Of a stretch of 64,000 nucleotides of DNA, positions 28,015-38,899 are shown piece after piece. The position numbers and the translations under genes were made by a program. Numbering within the stretch: position 1 is the stretch's first letter; each line of letters opens with the position of its first letter. Origin of the DNA: Planctomycetota bacterium (GTDB taxonomy: Bacteria; Planctomycetota; GCA-002687715; CAIWVZ01); contig JBGANV010000012.1 in the NCBI GenBank assembly GCA_044222185.1, positions 32,001-96,000 on the forward strand, written 5' to 3'. The notes beneath the pieces are model-generated. The model did not search any database. It was not told the origin of the DNA and saw only the letters and a list, made by a program, of their open reading frames with translations.

Positions 28015-31000
28015 ACTCGAGCGCGCGGATGCGCGCCCACAACGCGCGCCACGCGTCCGCCTCGGCCGGAGGCAGATGCTCGAGGCTCGCCGGCTCGCGC
28101 ACGGGGGCGAAGTCGGCGGCCCGCAGTGGCACGTCGCGATCGGTCCGGACGTCGGGCATGATGCCGTCCTCGCGGCGCACGGTCTCGGCCCAGACGTCGG
28201 TCTGAGCCGAGAGCCACGTCCGCGACGCATCCCGCCAGTGCGCGCGATCCGTCTCCGAAAGTGCAGCGGTCTCATCGCCGGGTCCGAATGCAGCCCGGAT
28301 CGCCACCATGGACGCGCGTCGATAGAACCGCGCGCCCGAAGTCGGATCAGGTTTCGCCTGGTGCAGCCGCGCCTCCCAAAGCCGCGCCTCGAGCACGGCC
28401 GCATCGCGACTTGCCGCATGGCGCAGGAGCGCATCCCACGCCGCGTCGTCGCTCGGCACGTCGATCCCGAGGAGAACTCGTTGGATCCGCCGCTCCGTCG
28501 CCGCACCTTCTCGGCACGCGAGTTTGAGGTCGCCCCAGGTGCGCCCGGCCTCCGGACACTTCCCTCCGGCGGCCTCGGCGCGATCGATGAGATCGAACGC
28601 TTCGTCGTACCGCCCGCGATGCCGCAACAGCTGAGCCAGGTTCGTGAGCGCCATGGCGTGCGCCGGCGCGAGCGCGAGCACGCGCCGATAGGCCTTCTCG
28701 CCCCCGAGGATGTCGCCACGTGTCACGAGGCGATTTCCATACGCGATGATCACGTTGACGTTGTCAGGCTCGAGTGCGACAGCCTCCTGGGACAAACGCA
28801 GGCCATCGCTCGACCGTCCCAGAGCGTCGAGCACCTGCGCAGCGGCCTCGCGCACCTCGGCATCCTTCGGGCATGCCGCCACGGCTGCCACGGCGCGCGG
28901 CTCGGCCTCGGCCGCGCGCCCCGCGCGCACGAGCAGCCGCAGAGCGTTCGATCGCGACAGCGTGTGCGTGGGAGCGACCCGGGCGCATTCGTCGAACTCC
29001 CGAAGCGCATCGTCGATGCGGCCCTGTGCGCTGAGAAGCGCGCCCAGGTTGTTGTGCGCGACCCCTGAGCGCGGATCGCAGGCGATGCCGCGCCGAAGAG
29101 CCGCCTCCTCGCCAGCTGCGTCCTTCGCCAGGCCGAGGATTTGCGCTCTCACGAACCAGGCGACGGCGATGTCCTGCCGTCGAGTGAGCACGGAGTCGAT
29201 GAGCCTGCGCGCGCGCTCGACGTCGTGCAGCCCGAACGAGACGCTGGCGAGGTTGACCTGGAACACGTCGTTGGACGGAGCCAGTACCACGGCCACCGAG
29301 AGGCAGTCGCGCGCCTCGAGCGCCTCGGCCTCCACCTCGGGATCGAGCCAGGACGACAGCCCCACGTTGGCCCAGACGTCGCCCGGATGATCTCGACGGA
29401 TGATCCGGAACAGGCGAACCGCCTCGGCGCGGCCCACCACCCGTCCGACGGCGTCGGCCAGCAGCTCCGCCGTCGCCGGGGGCAGGTCGACCAGATTCGA
29501 CGGATCGGCCAGCGTCGTCATCGCGACGACGTCGTTGGCGTGAAGAGCCCGGCGGATCGCCTGCCGCTTCGGATCCGGATCGAGGAGCTTGCCGATCTCG
29601 AGGAGCGTGTCGGACGACGGACCCGATGCGGTCTTCGCCCGATGCGCGGCAACGGCCCACCAGTCGAAAGCCGTCGCGATGGGTGCGCCGAGGTGTGGAC
29701 CATCGAGTCGCTTGGCGACCTCGGCCGGAGCCATCGTCGACACGTCGACGCCGAAGGCACGGAACGCCTCGTCGTACTCGTGGGCCTGTCGGGCCGGATC
29801 CTCCACCTGGGCACGAAGTGCGCGCACTTCCTCGAGACGCGCCGCGAGCACTCGTCCCCGCTCGTCACGGCGCGCGGCCTCTTCGGCGGCGGCGAGCGCG
29901 TCCCGAAGCGAGAGGACGGCGGACTGCGCGCGCAACTGGACGTCCTTTGGCGCGGCGGCGGCCGCGCCCACGCGCCCCGCCTCGTCTGCCGCGGCGAGTG
30001 CTTGCGCGAGCGTGGGCGCGCGCTCGGCCTCCGGCAACGAGAGGGCACGGTCCCGCAACCCGTTCGCGCGGCCGAGCGCGTCGAGGACGGCCGCCGCCGT
30101 TTCGCGCTCGCGGTCGGCGCGCGCCGAGGTGACCCACGAGTAGGCGGCCGCGGCGCCGGCGCACACGAGCACGGCCGCGGTGCCGAGCGCGAGCGTGAGC
30201 TTCCGCACGTGGCGCTCATGCCTGGCCGACGCCTCCGACGACGCAGCCTGGACGTGCGCGGCCTGCACCTGCGCTTCCAGCGAGGCGAGGTGATCAGCGA
30301 CTCCCTGGGCGACCATGGAAGCATCGTCCGGCCGCCTCCCGGGATCCTCCGAGAGACAGGCTCGGGTGAGCGCGACGAGTGCCGCGTCGGCCCCGCAAAC
30401 GTCCAGTCGCGCGTGGGCCTGACTCAAGTCGGCGCGCAACGCGAGCGCGTGGACCGTCCGCGGGTCCGTGCCGACGTAGGGGGGCTGACCCGTGAGGATC
30501 TCGCACAGGATCGCGCCGAGCGCGAACACGTCCGATCGGCGGTCCACTCGTTCCGCCTCACCGCGCGCCTGTTCGGGCGACATGTACGCGGGCGTTCCCA
30601 TCACCGTCCCGCCGAGCGAGTCGATGCCACCGTCGGCCCGGCGCACGGTGAAGATGCTCGATTCGTCGGCGGGTCGCGGGGCCAGCTCCCGACCGAGCAC
30701 CTTCGCGAGGCCCCAGTCCATGACGTGAACCTCACCGAACGATCCGACCATCACGTTGGACGGTTTCAGATCGCGGTGGATGACTCCGCGGGCGTGCGCG
30801 TAGGCGAGGGCTTCGCAGATCGACAGGAACGTGCGGAGGAATCGTTCACGACGGTCTTGCAGGGTCTCGCGCGTCGCGAGACGTTCCTTCAGCGTCTCGC
30901 CGCTGACGAGCTTCATCGTGAAGAAGCGAATCTCGTCGCGCGCAGTTTCCAGGTCGTGCACGGGCACGATGCCCGGGTGTTGGAGTTGGCCGGCGATCTG

Positions 31001-31351
31001 CGCCTCTTCGATGAAGCGTTGGATTCGCTCGGGAGTCGCGCGCAGATCGTCGCGCAGGGCCTTCAAGGCGACGGTGCGGCCCAGCCGCAGGTCGCGCGCT
31101 TCGTAGACGACCCCCATGCCTCCGCGGCCCAGCTCGCCCGCGATCTCGTAGCGGCCGTCGGGGCCGACGCGGCGGACCGATGGGTCGGCCGACGGCGGTG
31201 TCGTCGTCGGCGGCGTGGTCGCCGGCCGTCGCGATCGTGCCTCGTCCGGGTCGGTGACTGGCGTCTGCGCGGCATCCCGCCGCGTGAGCGCAGCTTCGAG
31301 GCCGGCGTCGAGCAGGTCGTCGAGCGGATCGCGCGGTTCGTCGGCGTTCAC
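28013..31351 (-). CDS. Hanks-type Ser/Thr protein kinase with a TM helix and TPR repeats
   Basis: Kinase motifs [38 protein letters not shown] and DVFALG. TM helix [25 protein letters not shown] motif [19 protein letters not shown]. The GTG start overlaps the sigma stop (GTGA). Confidence 0.95.
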   Translation of the reverse strand: MNADEPRDPLDDLLDAGLEAALTRRDAAQTPVTDPDEARSRRPATTPPTTTPPSADPSVRRVGPDGRYEIAGELGRGGMGVVYEARDLRLGRTVALKALRDDLRATPERIQRFIEEAQIAGQLQHPGIVPVHDLETARDEIRFFTMKLVSGETLKERLATRETLQDRRERFLRTFLSICEALAYAHARGVIHRDLKPSNVMVGSFGEVHVMDWGLAKVLGRELAPRPADESSIFTVRRADGGIDSLGGTVMGTPAYMSPEQARGEAERVDRRSDVFALGAILCEILTGQPPYVGTDPRTVHALALRADLSQAHARLDVCGADAALVALTRACLSEDPGRRPDDASMVAQGVADHLASLEAQVQAAHVQAASSEASARHERHVRKLTLALGTAAVLVCAGAAAAYSWVTSARADRERETAAAVLDALGRANGLRDRALSLPEAERAPTLAQALAAADEAGRVGAAAAAPKDVQLRAQSAVLSLRDALAAAEEAARRDERGRVLAARLEEVRALRAQVEDPARQAHEYDEAFRAFGVDVSTMAPAEVAKRLDGPHLGAPIATAFDWWAVAAHRAKTASGPSSDTLLEIGKLLDPDPKRQAIRRALHANDVVAMTTLADPSNLVDLPPATAELLADAVGRVVGRAEAVRLFRIIRRDHPGDVWANVGLSSWLDPEVEAEALEARDCLSVAVVLAPSNDVFQVNLASVSFGLHDVERARRLIDSVLTRRQDIAVAWFVRAQILGLAKDAAGEEAALRRGIACDPRSGVAHNNLGALLSAQGRIDDALREFDECARVAPTHTLSRSNALRLLVRAGRAAEAEPRAVAAVAACPKDAEVREAAAQVLDALGRSSDGLRLSQEAVALEPDNVNVIIAYGNRLVTRGDILGGEKAYRRVLALAPAHAMALTNLAQLLRHRGRYDEAFDLIDRAEAAGGKCPEAGRTWGDLKLACREGAATERRIQRVLLGIDVPSDDAAWDALLRHAASRDAAVLEARLWEARLHQAKPDPTSGARFYRRASMVAIRAAFGPGDETAALSETDRAHWRDASRTWLSAQTDVWAETVRREDGIMPDVRTDRDVPLRAADFAPVREPASLEHLPPAEADAWRALWARIRALE

Positions 31352-32031
31352 GCGAGCGCCTCGAGAAGTCTCGCGCACTCCGTGTCCACGTCGGCGCTGG
31401 CGCCCGGTAGGTGGAAGCTCACGACGTCGCGGAGCGCGCGTTTGAATTCACGGCGGGCGGTCGCGTACTCCTGATGCAGTCTTGCGGCGTCCTCGTTCCA
31501 TCGCGCCGCGATCTCGCGAATCGGCAGGCCATCCTCGAATCGCAATCGCAGCAGTCGGGCGCGCTTCGCGGCGCCGGGGTCGGAGGCGGCGAACGTGTGT
31601 TCCTGCAGATCCCAGGCCTGTCTCATGATCGACTGCGCCCAGGCGCGGTCGAAGACGACGGCCAGGTCGCCGGAGTCCGCATCCGCGTGTGCGTCGCCGA
31701 AGGCCGTGTCGATGGCGACCTCTCGCTTGCGTGCCTTGCGCTGCTCGACGCGCGACGCGACGTTGCGCGTCACGCCGAAGAGAAAGGCTCGGAATCCGCC
31801 GGGCCGCCCCGGGTCGGCCTTCCCGAGCGCGCCGCCCTCGCGGAAACACTCCATGAAGACTTCCTGGATCGCGTCGTCGATGTCATGGGCCCGGTCGTTT
31901 CGCTTCCAGCGGGCCTCCAGGTAAGCGCGGACGACCGCGGCGTAACGTCGCACGAAGCGATCGCGCTCCTCGGGGATGCCTTCGGCGGCGCCCCGGATCG
32001 CGATCCAACAGGTGGATGACCAGCTCTCCAT
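31348..32031 (-). CDS. ECF sigma-70 factor, kinase-associated type
   Basis: Motifs [47 protein letters not shown] and [15 protein letters not shown]. Translationally coupled to the kinase. Alternative start at 32043. Confidence 0.9.
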   Translation of the reverse strand: MESWSSTCWIAIRGAAEGIPEERDRFVRRYAAVVRAYLEARWKRNDRAHDIDDAIQEVFMECFREGGALGKADPGRPGGFRAFLFGVTRNVASRVEQRKARKREVAIDTAFGDAHADADSGDLAVVFDRAWAQSIMRQAWDLQEHTFAASDPGAAKRARLLRLRFEDGLPIREIAARWNEDAARLHQEYATARREFKRALRDVVSFHLPGASADVDTECARLLEALA

Positions 32032-32041
32032 GTGGGTCGAC

Positions 32042-32070
32042 ATTGTGGGGTACGGCATGGGGATTGTGAA
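32042..32070 (-). promoter_or_regulatory. Possible sigma-70-type promoter giving a near-leaderless ECF transcript
   Basis: TTCACA-N17-CACAAT ending 10 nt before the ATG at 32031. The same -35 hexamer appears in the 59834-59862 promoter. Confidence 0.35.
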
Positions 32071-32220
32071 GCGACCCCCGCTGAGGAAGGAAGGCCGTCG
32101 ACCCGTGTCGTGCCGCTGTTGGACCGGCGGCGGGAAACCGGACTCCACCCGGGTGAACTTGGCGGTCGATCCACACTGGCGTAGGACTGACCACCTCGGT
32201 GAGCGTGCTTTGGGGCTTCG

Positions 32221-33420
32221 ATGCTGTCCGCCCGCGCCTATTCGTTTCGCCAACAATCCCGTCTCGCGATCTCTCTCTCCTTCATCGGCGGCCAGGTCAA
32301 TGGCGTCGCGTTGATCGCCATGGGGACGTTCGTCTCCCACGTCACGGGGACCGTCACGAACATCGGCCGGACCCTCGTCATCGGGGACCGCGCGGGCCTT
32401 CTCTTCTTCGGCTTCCTCCTCGGGAGCTACTGCCTGGGCGCACTCGGCTCCTCGTTGATGATGGAGATCGCCCGCCGCCGGTCGCTTCATTCGAAATTCA
32501 TCATTCCCATGGCGACCGAGGGAGTGCTGCTCCTGGTCCTCGCGCTGGGATTCGAGATCAACGGCGGACTCATGGCGCACGGCGAGCTCCATCCTTCGCT
32601 GCTCATGGGCGTGGCCTCGGCCGCCATGGGACTGCAGAACGCCACGATCACGCGAATCTCGGGCGGCGTGATCCGGACGACGCACCTCACGGGGATCTTC
32701 ACGGACTTCGCCATCGAGTCCGTGCAACTCGTGTTCTGGTGGCGCGATCGACTGCGCGCCGGTGGCTGGAGGCGGTTGCGCCGTGTCGCACAGGTGGCGC
32801 GACGCAACCCGGCGCTGCTTCGGCTCACGCTTCTCGCCAGCATCGCCGGGTCGTTCCTCCTGGGCGGAATCCTCGCGACGGTCATCTGGCTCAACCGTCC
32901 CGATGCTGCCTACATCGTCCCCATGCTCATGCTCGGGTGGATCATATTCGTCGACTGGCGACGCCCGATCGCGGACGTCCGTGAGCTCGACGGCCGGAAC
33001 GACCCCGAGCTGAGCCTGCACGGCATCGACCGCCAGCACTTGCCGAGGGAACTGGGCCTCTATCGGTTCTCGTGCCCGCGGGCGCGGACGCTGCACCGAC
33101 CGCCGGACTTCCAGCTGTGGGTCGATCATCTGCCGCAGGAGTGGGTCGTCGTCGTCCTCGCGATGAGCCCGCTGACACGGCTCGACCGGAACGCGATGAT
33201 GGACCTGGATCTCGCGATCCGGCGACTGCACGACTCCGGTCGTGATCTCGTGATCTCCGGCATCACCCCGGTCCAGTACAAGGTGCTCGTAGCCCACGGG
33301 ATCACGCGGCGGCTGGACATACAGAATCTCTGCCCCGACATGGAATTCGGCATCGCTCGCGCGATCGCCGTGCTCGAGGAGCGCTCGAAGAGCGCGGCGC
33401 CGGCCGTTCGGGTCGGGTGA
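32221..33420 (+). CDS. YoaK/DUF1275 membrane protein fused to a C-terminal STAS-like domain
   Basis: DUF1275 motifs FVSHVTGTVT and AMGLQNATITRISGGVIRTTHLTGIFTD. STAS-like tail VVVLAMSPLTRLDRNAMMDL...GRDLVISGI. Confidence 0.88.
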   Translation: MLSARAYSFRQQSRLAISLSFIGGQVNGVALIAMGTFVSHVTGTVTNIGRTLVIGDRAGLLFFGFLLGSYCLGALGSSLMMEIARRRSLHSKFIIPMATEGVLLLVLALGFEINGGLMAHGELHPSLLMGVASAAMGLQNATITRISGGVIRTTHLTGIFTDFAIESVQLVFWWRDRLRAGGWRRLRRVAQVARRNPALLRLTLLASIAGSFLLGGILATVIWLNRPDAAYIVPMLMLGWIIFVDWRRPIADVRELDGRNDPELSLHGIDRQHLPRELGLYRFSCPRARTLHRPPDFQLWVDHLPQEWVVVVLAMSPLTRLDRNAMMDLDLAIRRLHDSGRDLVISGITPVQYKVLVAHGITRRLDIQNLCPDMEFGIARAIAVLEERSKSAAPAVRVG

Positions 33421-33489
33421 GGCACGCGCGGACTCCGCGTGTCCCCACCTGCGGATCCGGTGTATGGTGCGCACCTCGAACGGAGTCCC

Positions 33490-34578
33490 ATGAGAACGCC
33501 CGCGATCGTCTCGTCTCTCGTCCTCGCCGTCGCAGCCGCGCTTCCAGCCCAGGAGGCTGCACTGCCGAAGGGGATGCGTCATGCGCTGGTGACGCTGACG
33601 AAACCGGCGGACTTCGGCGGGACAGCGCCGCGAACCACTCTTCCCCGGATCGATGCGTCGAAGGGGCTGGCTGACTCGTTCGAGTCGCCTGTGATTGCAG
33701 CACCCATGCCATTTCACGAGATCCTCGTGTCGTGGAACCTGGACGTGCCGCCCGAGGTCGGTGCCGCCGTCGATCTACGCGTGGCGACGGCGCAGGGTGA
33801 GTGGTCGCCCTGGCTCGAGGTGGGGCGGTGGGGACGCGACGACCGGCCGTCGCCGCCTCCCGTCGAGTTCGATCGGGGCAAGGTCGACATCGATTACTTC
33901 AAGTCGACGGTCACGCACGAGCGTGCACAGCTTCGCGTGACCGGGTGGCTGCCGACGGCTCGCGCGGGCGCGGCGACCATCGTCGTGCGTCGCCTGTCGA
34001 CCTGTTTCACGCAGCGGCACGTGGAGCCCGCAGCCTCCGTGAGTCGCCCCAGTGCGCCGCGATCGTGGCCCGGCCGTCTGCGCGTTCCGTATCGCAGCCA
34101 GAAGGCGGAGGCGAAAGAGATCGCCGGTCGCATCTGCAGCCCCACGTCCTTGTCGATGGTCCTCGCGTACCGGGGCGTCGTCCGCCCGACACGGGAGGTC
34201 GTCGACCGCGCGCTCGACGCTCCCCACGACATCTACGGCAACTGGCCCAAGAACGTCCAAGCGGCGTGGAGCTACGGCGTTCCCGGCTACCTCACGCGGT
34301 TCTCGGATTGGGAGGACGTCTCCACGCACATCACCCGCGGCCAGCCGATCATCATCAGCATCGCGGCGAAGAGGGACGAACTGACGGGCGCTCCGTATCG
34401 GTCGACCGACGGCCACCTCCTCGTGCTCTGCGGTTTCGACGAGAACGGGGACGTGGCCGTCAACGACCCCGCAGCCAAGGACGCTGCGCACGGAGAAATC
34501 GTCTACCGCAGGGCCGAACTCGAAACGGTGTGGATGGCGCGCGGCGGCACGGCGTACGTGCTGTTGCCGCGCGAGTGA
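33490..34578 (+). CDS. Secreted peptidase C39-like (Peptidase_C39_2) protein
   Basis: Signal peptide and VPYRSQ. Candidate catalytic triad in ICSPTS, GHLLV and VNDP, plus YGNW. Confidence 0.9.
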   Translation: MRTPAIVSSLVLAVAAALPAQEAALPKGMRHALVTLTKPADFGGTAPRTTLPRIDASKGLADSFESPVIAAPMPFHEILVSWNLDVPPEVGAAVDLRVATAQGEWSPWLEVGRWGRDDRPSPPPVEFDRGKVDIDYFKSTVTHERAQLRVTGWLPTARAGAATIVVRRLSTCFTQRHVEPAASVSRPSAPRSWPGRLRVPYRSQKAEAKEIAGRICSPTSLSMVLAYRGVVRPTREVVDRALDAPHDIYGNWPKNVQAAWSYGVPGYLTRFSDWEDVSTHITRGQPIIISIAAKRDELTGAPYRSTDGHLLVLCGFDENGDVAVNDPAAKDAAHGEIVYRRAELETVWMARGGTAYVLLPRE

Positions 34579-34679
34579 CGCAGCCACACGAACCTGGGAT
34601 CGAGAATGGACGGCAGCGTTTGGCCCTCGCGACGAGGCGGTGGTAAACCCTGCCTTCGCGCAAGGCGCTCGGGAGAACC

Positions 34680-35423
34680 ATGGCACCCGTGCTGGAAGTG
34701 AAGTCCCTCGTTCGCGTGTTCCGCGCTGGCGGCAGAGAGTTGCAGGTCCTGCGCGGGGTCAGCGTGACGGTCGACAAGGGCGAGTTCGTGGCGGTGATGG
34801 GGCAGAGCGGCAGCGGCAAGAGCACGCTCCTGCACGTGATCGCCGGACTCCTGCCGGCGACGGCCGGGCAGGTGATCGTCGAAGGGACGGACGTCACCGA
34901 ACTCGCGGAGAAACCGCGCGCCATCCTGCGCCGCAGGACCGTGGCCTTCGTGTTCCAGAACTTCAACCTGATGCCCCAGCTCACGGCCGCCGAGAACATC
35001 GAGTTGCCGCTGCGGATCAACGGAATGGATCCCCAGGACCACGCGGCCCAGGTCGAGCAGCTCATGCGCCGCATGGAGATCTGGGAGCGCCGCGGCCACC
35101 GTCCTCATCAGCTCTCGGGCGGTGAACTCCAGCGCGTGTCGATCGCGCGGGCACTCGTCGTCGATGCTCCGCTGCTGCTCGCCGACGAGCCCACGGGCAA
35201 CCTCGCGTCGAAGTCGGGCCGCGAGGTCATGCAGCTCCTCGCCAGCGCCGCCCGGGAGCGGCAGCGCGCACTCCTCATGGTCACTCACAATCCCTACGAT
35301 GCGGCGCAGGCGGACCGTGTGTTGTTCCTCAAGGACGGCGCGATCGCGCCAGGCGCCGAGCTCGGCCGCGGAGAGGTGAATGCGACTCTCGTTCTGGATC
35401 GTCTCAAGGAACTTGGGATCTAG
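34680..35423 (+). CDS. ABC transporter ATP-binding protein (LolD/MacB family)
   Basis: Walker A GQSGSGKST, VFQNFNL, LSGGELQRV, LADEPTGNL and VTHN. Confidence 0.96.
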   Translation: MAPVLEVKSLVRVFRAGGRELQVLRGVSVTVDKGEFVAVMGQSGSGKSTLLHVIAGLLPATAGQVIVEGTDVTELAEKPRAILRRRTVAFVFQNFNLMPQLTAAENIELPLRINGMDPQDHAAQVEQLMRRMEIWERRGHRPHQLSGGELQRVSIARALVVDAPLLLADEPTGNLASKSGREVMQLLASAARERQRALLMVTHNPYDAAQADRVLFLKDGAIAPGAELGRGEVNATLVLDRLKELGI

Positions 35424-37965
35424 ACGGCTCGCGACCACGCTCGCGATCCTCGGGATCGCGTTCGGCGTGGCTGCCGTCTGGGCCGTGCAGGTCGTCGACC
35501 TGAACACCGTGCTCGGCGTCCGTGCCCATTTCCGCCGCGACACGGGCAACCCCGATCTGGAGTTGCGGGCGAAGGACGCGCGAACGCTGACTCCGGAAGC
35601 CGCCGCCGCGCGACTGAAAGGAGATCACCGCATCGACGCCGTCACGCCGTTGGTGACGGAGCGCGTGGTCCTCGTGCGGGGGAACCAGCCGCCGGTCGAT
35701 CTGCTCGGCATCGCGATCGACCCGGGGGCCGCAAACCGGTTCGACCCGTACCTCGTCGTGGACGGCCGCGACATCCGGCGGGGCGAGCGCGGCGTCGTCC
35801 TCCTCGGAGGTCGCGCGGCATCGGAGGCGAAGGTCAGGCTCGGCGACAAGATCGCCCTCCAGCGCCCACCCATGACGCACGAAGGGTGCGTCGATGGCGC
35901 CACGGTGGTCTTGCCCGACAGCGCGCAGTCGCCGACGTTGCCGGTGACGTTCGAGGTCGTGGGGATCCTCGCGGATCTATACCTCGCGCGGCCCAATCGC
36001 GGGCGCTCCGTCGTCCTGCCGTTCGACGACGTCTCGTCGCTCGCGCCGGCCGAACGGCTGCCAGTCCGTTGGTGGATCCGTCTCCTGCACGACGACGAAT
36101 CGAAACTCGTCACGGCGTCGCTCGCGAACGATTTCGTCGTCACCGTGCCCCAGGCGCGGGAGGTGGGCGAAACCCCCGAGGAGCGGGCGTTTCGGAGCGG
36201 CGTCCGCATCGCTTCGTTCGTGGCGCTCGGCGTCGGGCTCTTCATCATCTACCACCTGCTCAGCCTCACGGTGACCTCGTGGGTGAGGCAGGCCGGACTG
36301 TTGGGCGCGCTCGGAGTGACCGGCGGACAACTCGGCGGCATCTTCTTCCTCGAGGCGCTCGTGCTGGCGGTGCTCGGCACGGCGACGGGCATCGGCATCG
36401 GTACCGGCATCGCGCGATGGATGCTGGACGCGCGGCTCACGACGCTCGGTTGGGGGAGACCCGTCTCCACGTTCGAGATTCCGTGGCGCGACGTCTGGTG
36501 GGTCGGATGCGCGGGCGTCGCCGCGTGCCTCCTCGGTGCCGTGCAGCCGTTGTTTCGCATTCGCCGCGTGCAGGTCGTGGATGCGCTGACGCAGGGTGAA
36601 TCGGCGCTGGCGGCGGTGCCAGCCGGGAGGTGGCTGGCGCCGGTCGTCCTGGCACTCGGGCCGGCCGCCGTTCTGACGATCTCGTGGTACCTGCGATGGG
36701 TCGACGAAGGCGTGCTCGGAGTTTCTCTCGGGCTTGCGTCCGTGTTCGGGGCCTTCGTGCTCGTTCTGTGGGGAATGCCGCGGGGCATCGCGCGCGGACT
36801 CGGCGTCCTGCTGAAGCCGTTCGAGCGTGGCAACCGCCTCGAGCCATGGCTGGTGCGAAAAGGCCTCGATCGAGGTCTGCGTCGCTTCGCGGGATCCGTG
36901 ACCGGGCTCGCGCTGGTCGCGGCCGGGCTCGTCACGCTCCACGCGATGACGGGCGCGTTGAAGCGAGAGAAGGACGAATGGGGCGCGACCGCCCTTTCGG
37001 GTCGCGTGTTTCTCCGGCTGAAGGACGTGCCGCGGCCCATGCTCTCGGGACTCACCGCCGTGCCGGGCGTGCGCTCCGTCGTCCCCGTCGATGCAACCGT
37101 GCGAGTCGCCTTCGACGTGAAGGGTGTCGCTCCGGAGGAGCTGGCGAAGGACGGTGTCCTGGCCGGACCCCTGCATGATGCCGATCGTGTCGAGTTCGCG
37201 CTCGGTCGAGGCATGGTGGTCACGTCGGTGTGTGCCCGGGAACATCAGCTCGTCGTCGGCGACGACGTCATGCTGCCGGCCGCGCGCGGCCCGCGGCACT
37301 TCAAGCTCCTGGCGGTGGACGATCGCGCCGGGTTCTTCCCCCACGAGCGCGCATTCGGCGTGATCAGCGAAGCGGCGATGAAACAGGTCTTCTGTCGCAG
37401 CAACGACGTCGTCACGCAGCTCGCCCTGTCGGTGGATCCGCCGGAGCGCGAGGCGGACGTCGTCGAGCGGATCGCGTCGGGCTCGGTGATTCCGAAGGAG
37501 CGCATCGACCGGATCTGGAGCGGCGCGCATCAGCGGAAGCTCTACGAGGATGAGATCAACTCGGACTTCCGGATCTTCGACGTCATTCTCGGGCTGACGG
37601 CCGTGCTCGCGGCGCTCGGTATGCTCAACACGCTCGTCGTGTCGGGCCTCGAGCGACAGAAGGAGATCGCTCTTCTGCGCGCGGCAGGGATCACGCGACG
37701 CCAGGTGTTTCGGCTCTTCCTGTCGGATGCCCTCATGCTCGGACTGTGCGGCGGCGTCTTCGGCGGATTGATGGCGATGCCGTTCGCTTGGTTCATCGTC
37801 GACGGCTTGGCGCGGATCTCGCACATGCCGCTGCGCGCGAGCGTCGATCCGCTCGTCGCCATCGTTGGATTGCTCGGTGTCGCGCTCCTCGCCGTCGTGG
37901 CGGCGGTCGCCCCGGCGATGCGCGCCGGCCGTGCCGACGTCGTGTCCGGGCTGAAGTTCGAGTGA
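35380..37965 (+). CDS. FtsX/MacB-type ABC transporter permease (duplicated architecture)
   Basis: N-terminal RNLGSRRLATTLAILGIAFGV, two FtsX-like TM modules, and GLERQKEIALLRAAG...LKFE. Confidence 0.93.
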   Translation: MRLSFWIVSRNLGSRRLATTLAILGIAFGVAAVWAVQVVDLNTVLGVRAHFRRDTGNPDLELRAKDARTLTPEAAAARLKGDHRIDAVTPLVTERVVLVRGNQPPVDLLGIAIDPGAANRFDPYLVVDGRDIRRGERGVVLLGGRAASEAKVRLGDKIALQRPPMTHEGCVDGATVVLPDSAQSPTLPVTFEVVGILADLYLARPNRGRSVVLPFDDVSSLAPAERLPVRWWIRLLHDDESKLVTASLANDFVVTVPQAREVGETPEERAFRSGVRIASFVALGVGLFIIYHLLSLTVTSWVRQAGLLGALGVTGGQLGGIFFLEALVLAVLGTATGIGIGTGIARWMLDARLTTLGWGRPVSTFEIPWRDVWWVGCAGVAACLLGAVQPLFRIRRVQVVDALTQGESALAAVPAGRWLAPVVLALGPAAVLTISWYLRWVDEGVLGVSLGLASVFGAFVLVLWGMPRGIARGLGVLLKPFERGNRLEPWLVRKGLDRGLRRFAGSVTGLALVAAGLVTLHAMTGALKREKDEWGATALSGRVFLRLKDVPRPMLSGLTAVPGVRSVVPVDATVRVAFDVKGVAPEELAKDGVLAGPLHDADRVEFALGRGMVVTSVCAREHQLVVGDDVMLPAARGPRHFKLLAVDDRAGFFPHERAFGVISEAAMKQVFCRSNDVVTQLALSVDPPEREADVVERIASGSVIPKERIDRIWSGAHQRKLYEDEINSDFRIFDVILGLTAVLAALGMLNTLVVSGLERQKEIALLRAAGITRRQVFRLFLSDALMLGLCGGVFGGLMAMPFAWFIVDGLARISHMPLRASVDPLVAIVGLLGVALLAVVAAVAPAMRAGRADVVSGLKFE

Positions 37966-38158
37966 GTCGTCGGGCGAGTGCGACCGCCGTTTCGCCCGGA
38001 CGGCGCATCTTCGATCGGTAGAAACGACCGCATCACCCCCGTCGCTCCCAGTGGAACGCAGTTTGCGAGGCCGTTCACCGCCGCGAAGGGCCGCGTCCCC
38101 TTCGGGGCGCTGCCGATCGGAACGCCGGTCGTGGGTTTCCACGAGAAGGGATGTCGCC

Positions 38159-38899
38159 ATGAATCGCCAACAGGGTTCGTCGGGCCATGAGCGCCGGAAC
38201 GAAGGGCAAGGGTCGGAGTCCCAGCCGTACGATCGCGGCGAGCAGGATGACCCGCGCGACCCGGAACGGCGAGGCGGGCGCCTCCCGCGCCCTCGACCGC
38301 ACTTCGAGTACGGAGATCGTGACCCGGGCGGCGAGCCTTACGTTGGCGATGCGCCTCCCTGGACCGATCCGCGCAATCCAGACTACGGAAGCTCCGAGCA
38401 GCCGTTCGATGGGCACGGTGCGCGGGGCGCGAGCGCCTCCCGGCCGCGGTGGAGCGGCGGGTACGGCAACACGGGCGGATCCATCGGCAACCCGAACGGA
38501 TCCGCCGGTCAGTGGCGCGCGGGACCGCCGCCGCATTGGGACTCCCCGAACTACGGTGACTTCACGCCATTTCAGGGGCTGACGTCCGACCGTGGCACGC
38601 ACTCTGGAAAGGCACCCAAGGGATACAAGCGCGCGGACGACCGGATTCATGATGACGTCTGCGACCGCCTGACCGATCACGACGTCGACGTTTCCGACGT
38701 CGAGGTCAAAGTCGCCAACGGAGAGGTCACGTTGACCGGAACCGTCACCGACCGCGAGTGCAAGTTCCGCGCGGAGCGGATCGCCGGATCCGTCAGTGGC
38801 GTCAGCGACGTTCAAAACCAGATCAAGGTGAGGCGCGACGGCGCGCGCTCGAACGAGGCCGGCTCGGGTTCCGGCGGCGCGGTGACAACCGGCCGCTGA
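38159..38899 (+). CDS. BON-domain protein with a disordered N-terminus
   Basis: GKAPKGYKRADDRIHDDVCDRL...VKVANGEVTLTGTV...GVSDVQNQIKV. Confidence 0.9.
   Translation: MNRQQGSSGHERRNEGQGSESQPYDRGEQDDPRDPERRGGRLPRPRPHFEYGDRDPGGEPYVGDAPPWTDPRNPDYGSSEQPFDGHGARGASASRPRWSGGYGNTGGSIGNPNGSAGQWRAGPPPHWDSPNYGDFTPFQGLTSDRGTHSGKAPKGYKRADDRIHDDVCDRLTDHDVDVSDVEVKVANGEVTLTGTVTDRECKFRAERIAGSVSGVSDVQNQIKVRRDGARSNEAGSGSGGAVTTGR

Noticed and set aside
32071-32220. Riboswitch (e.g. fluoride) upstream of the DUF1275 gene
   Set aside because: No recognisable consensus by eye; an Rfam/Infernal scan would be needed.
31348-33717. 789-aa version of the ECF ORF, and the 1180-aa version of the anti-sigma ORF (to 43085)
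   Set aside because: The upstream extensions overlap real genes (DUF1275/C39 on the opposite strand, the ECF in another frame); true starts are about 32031 and 42527.
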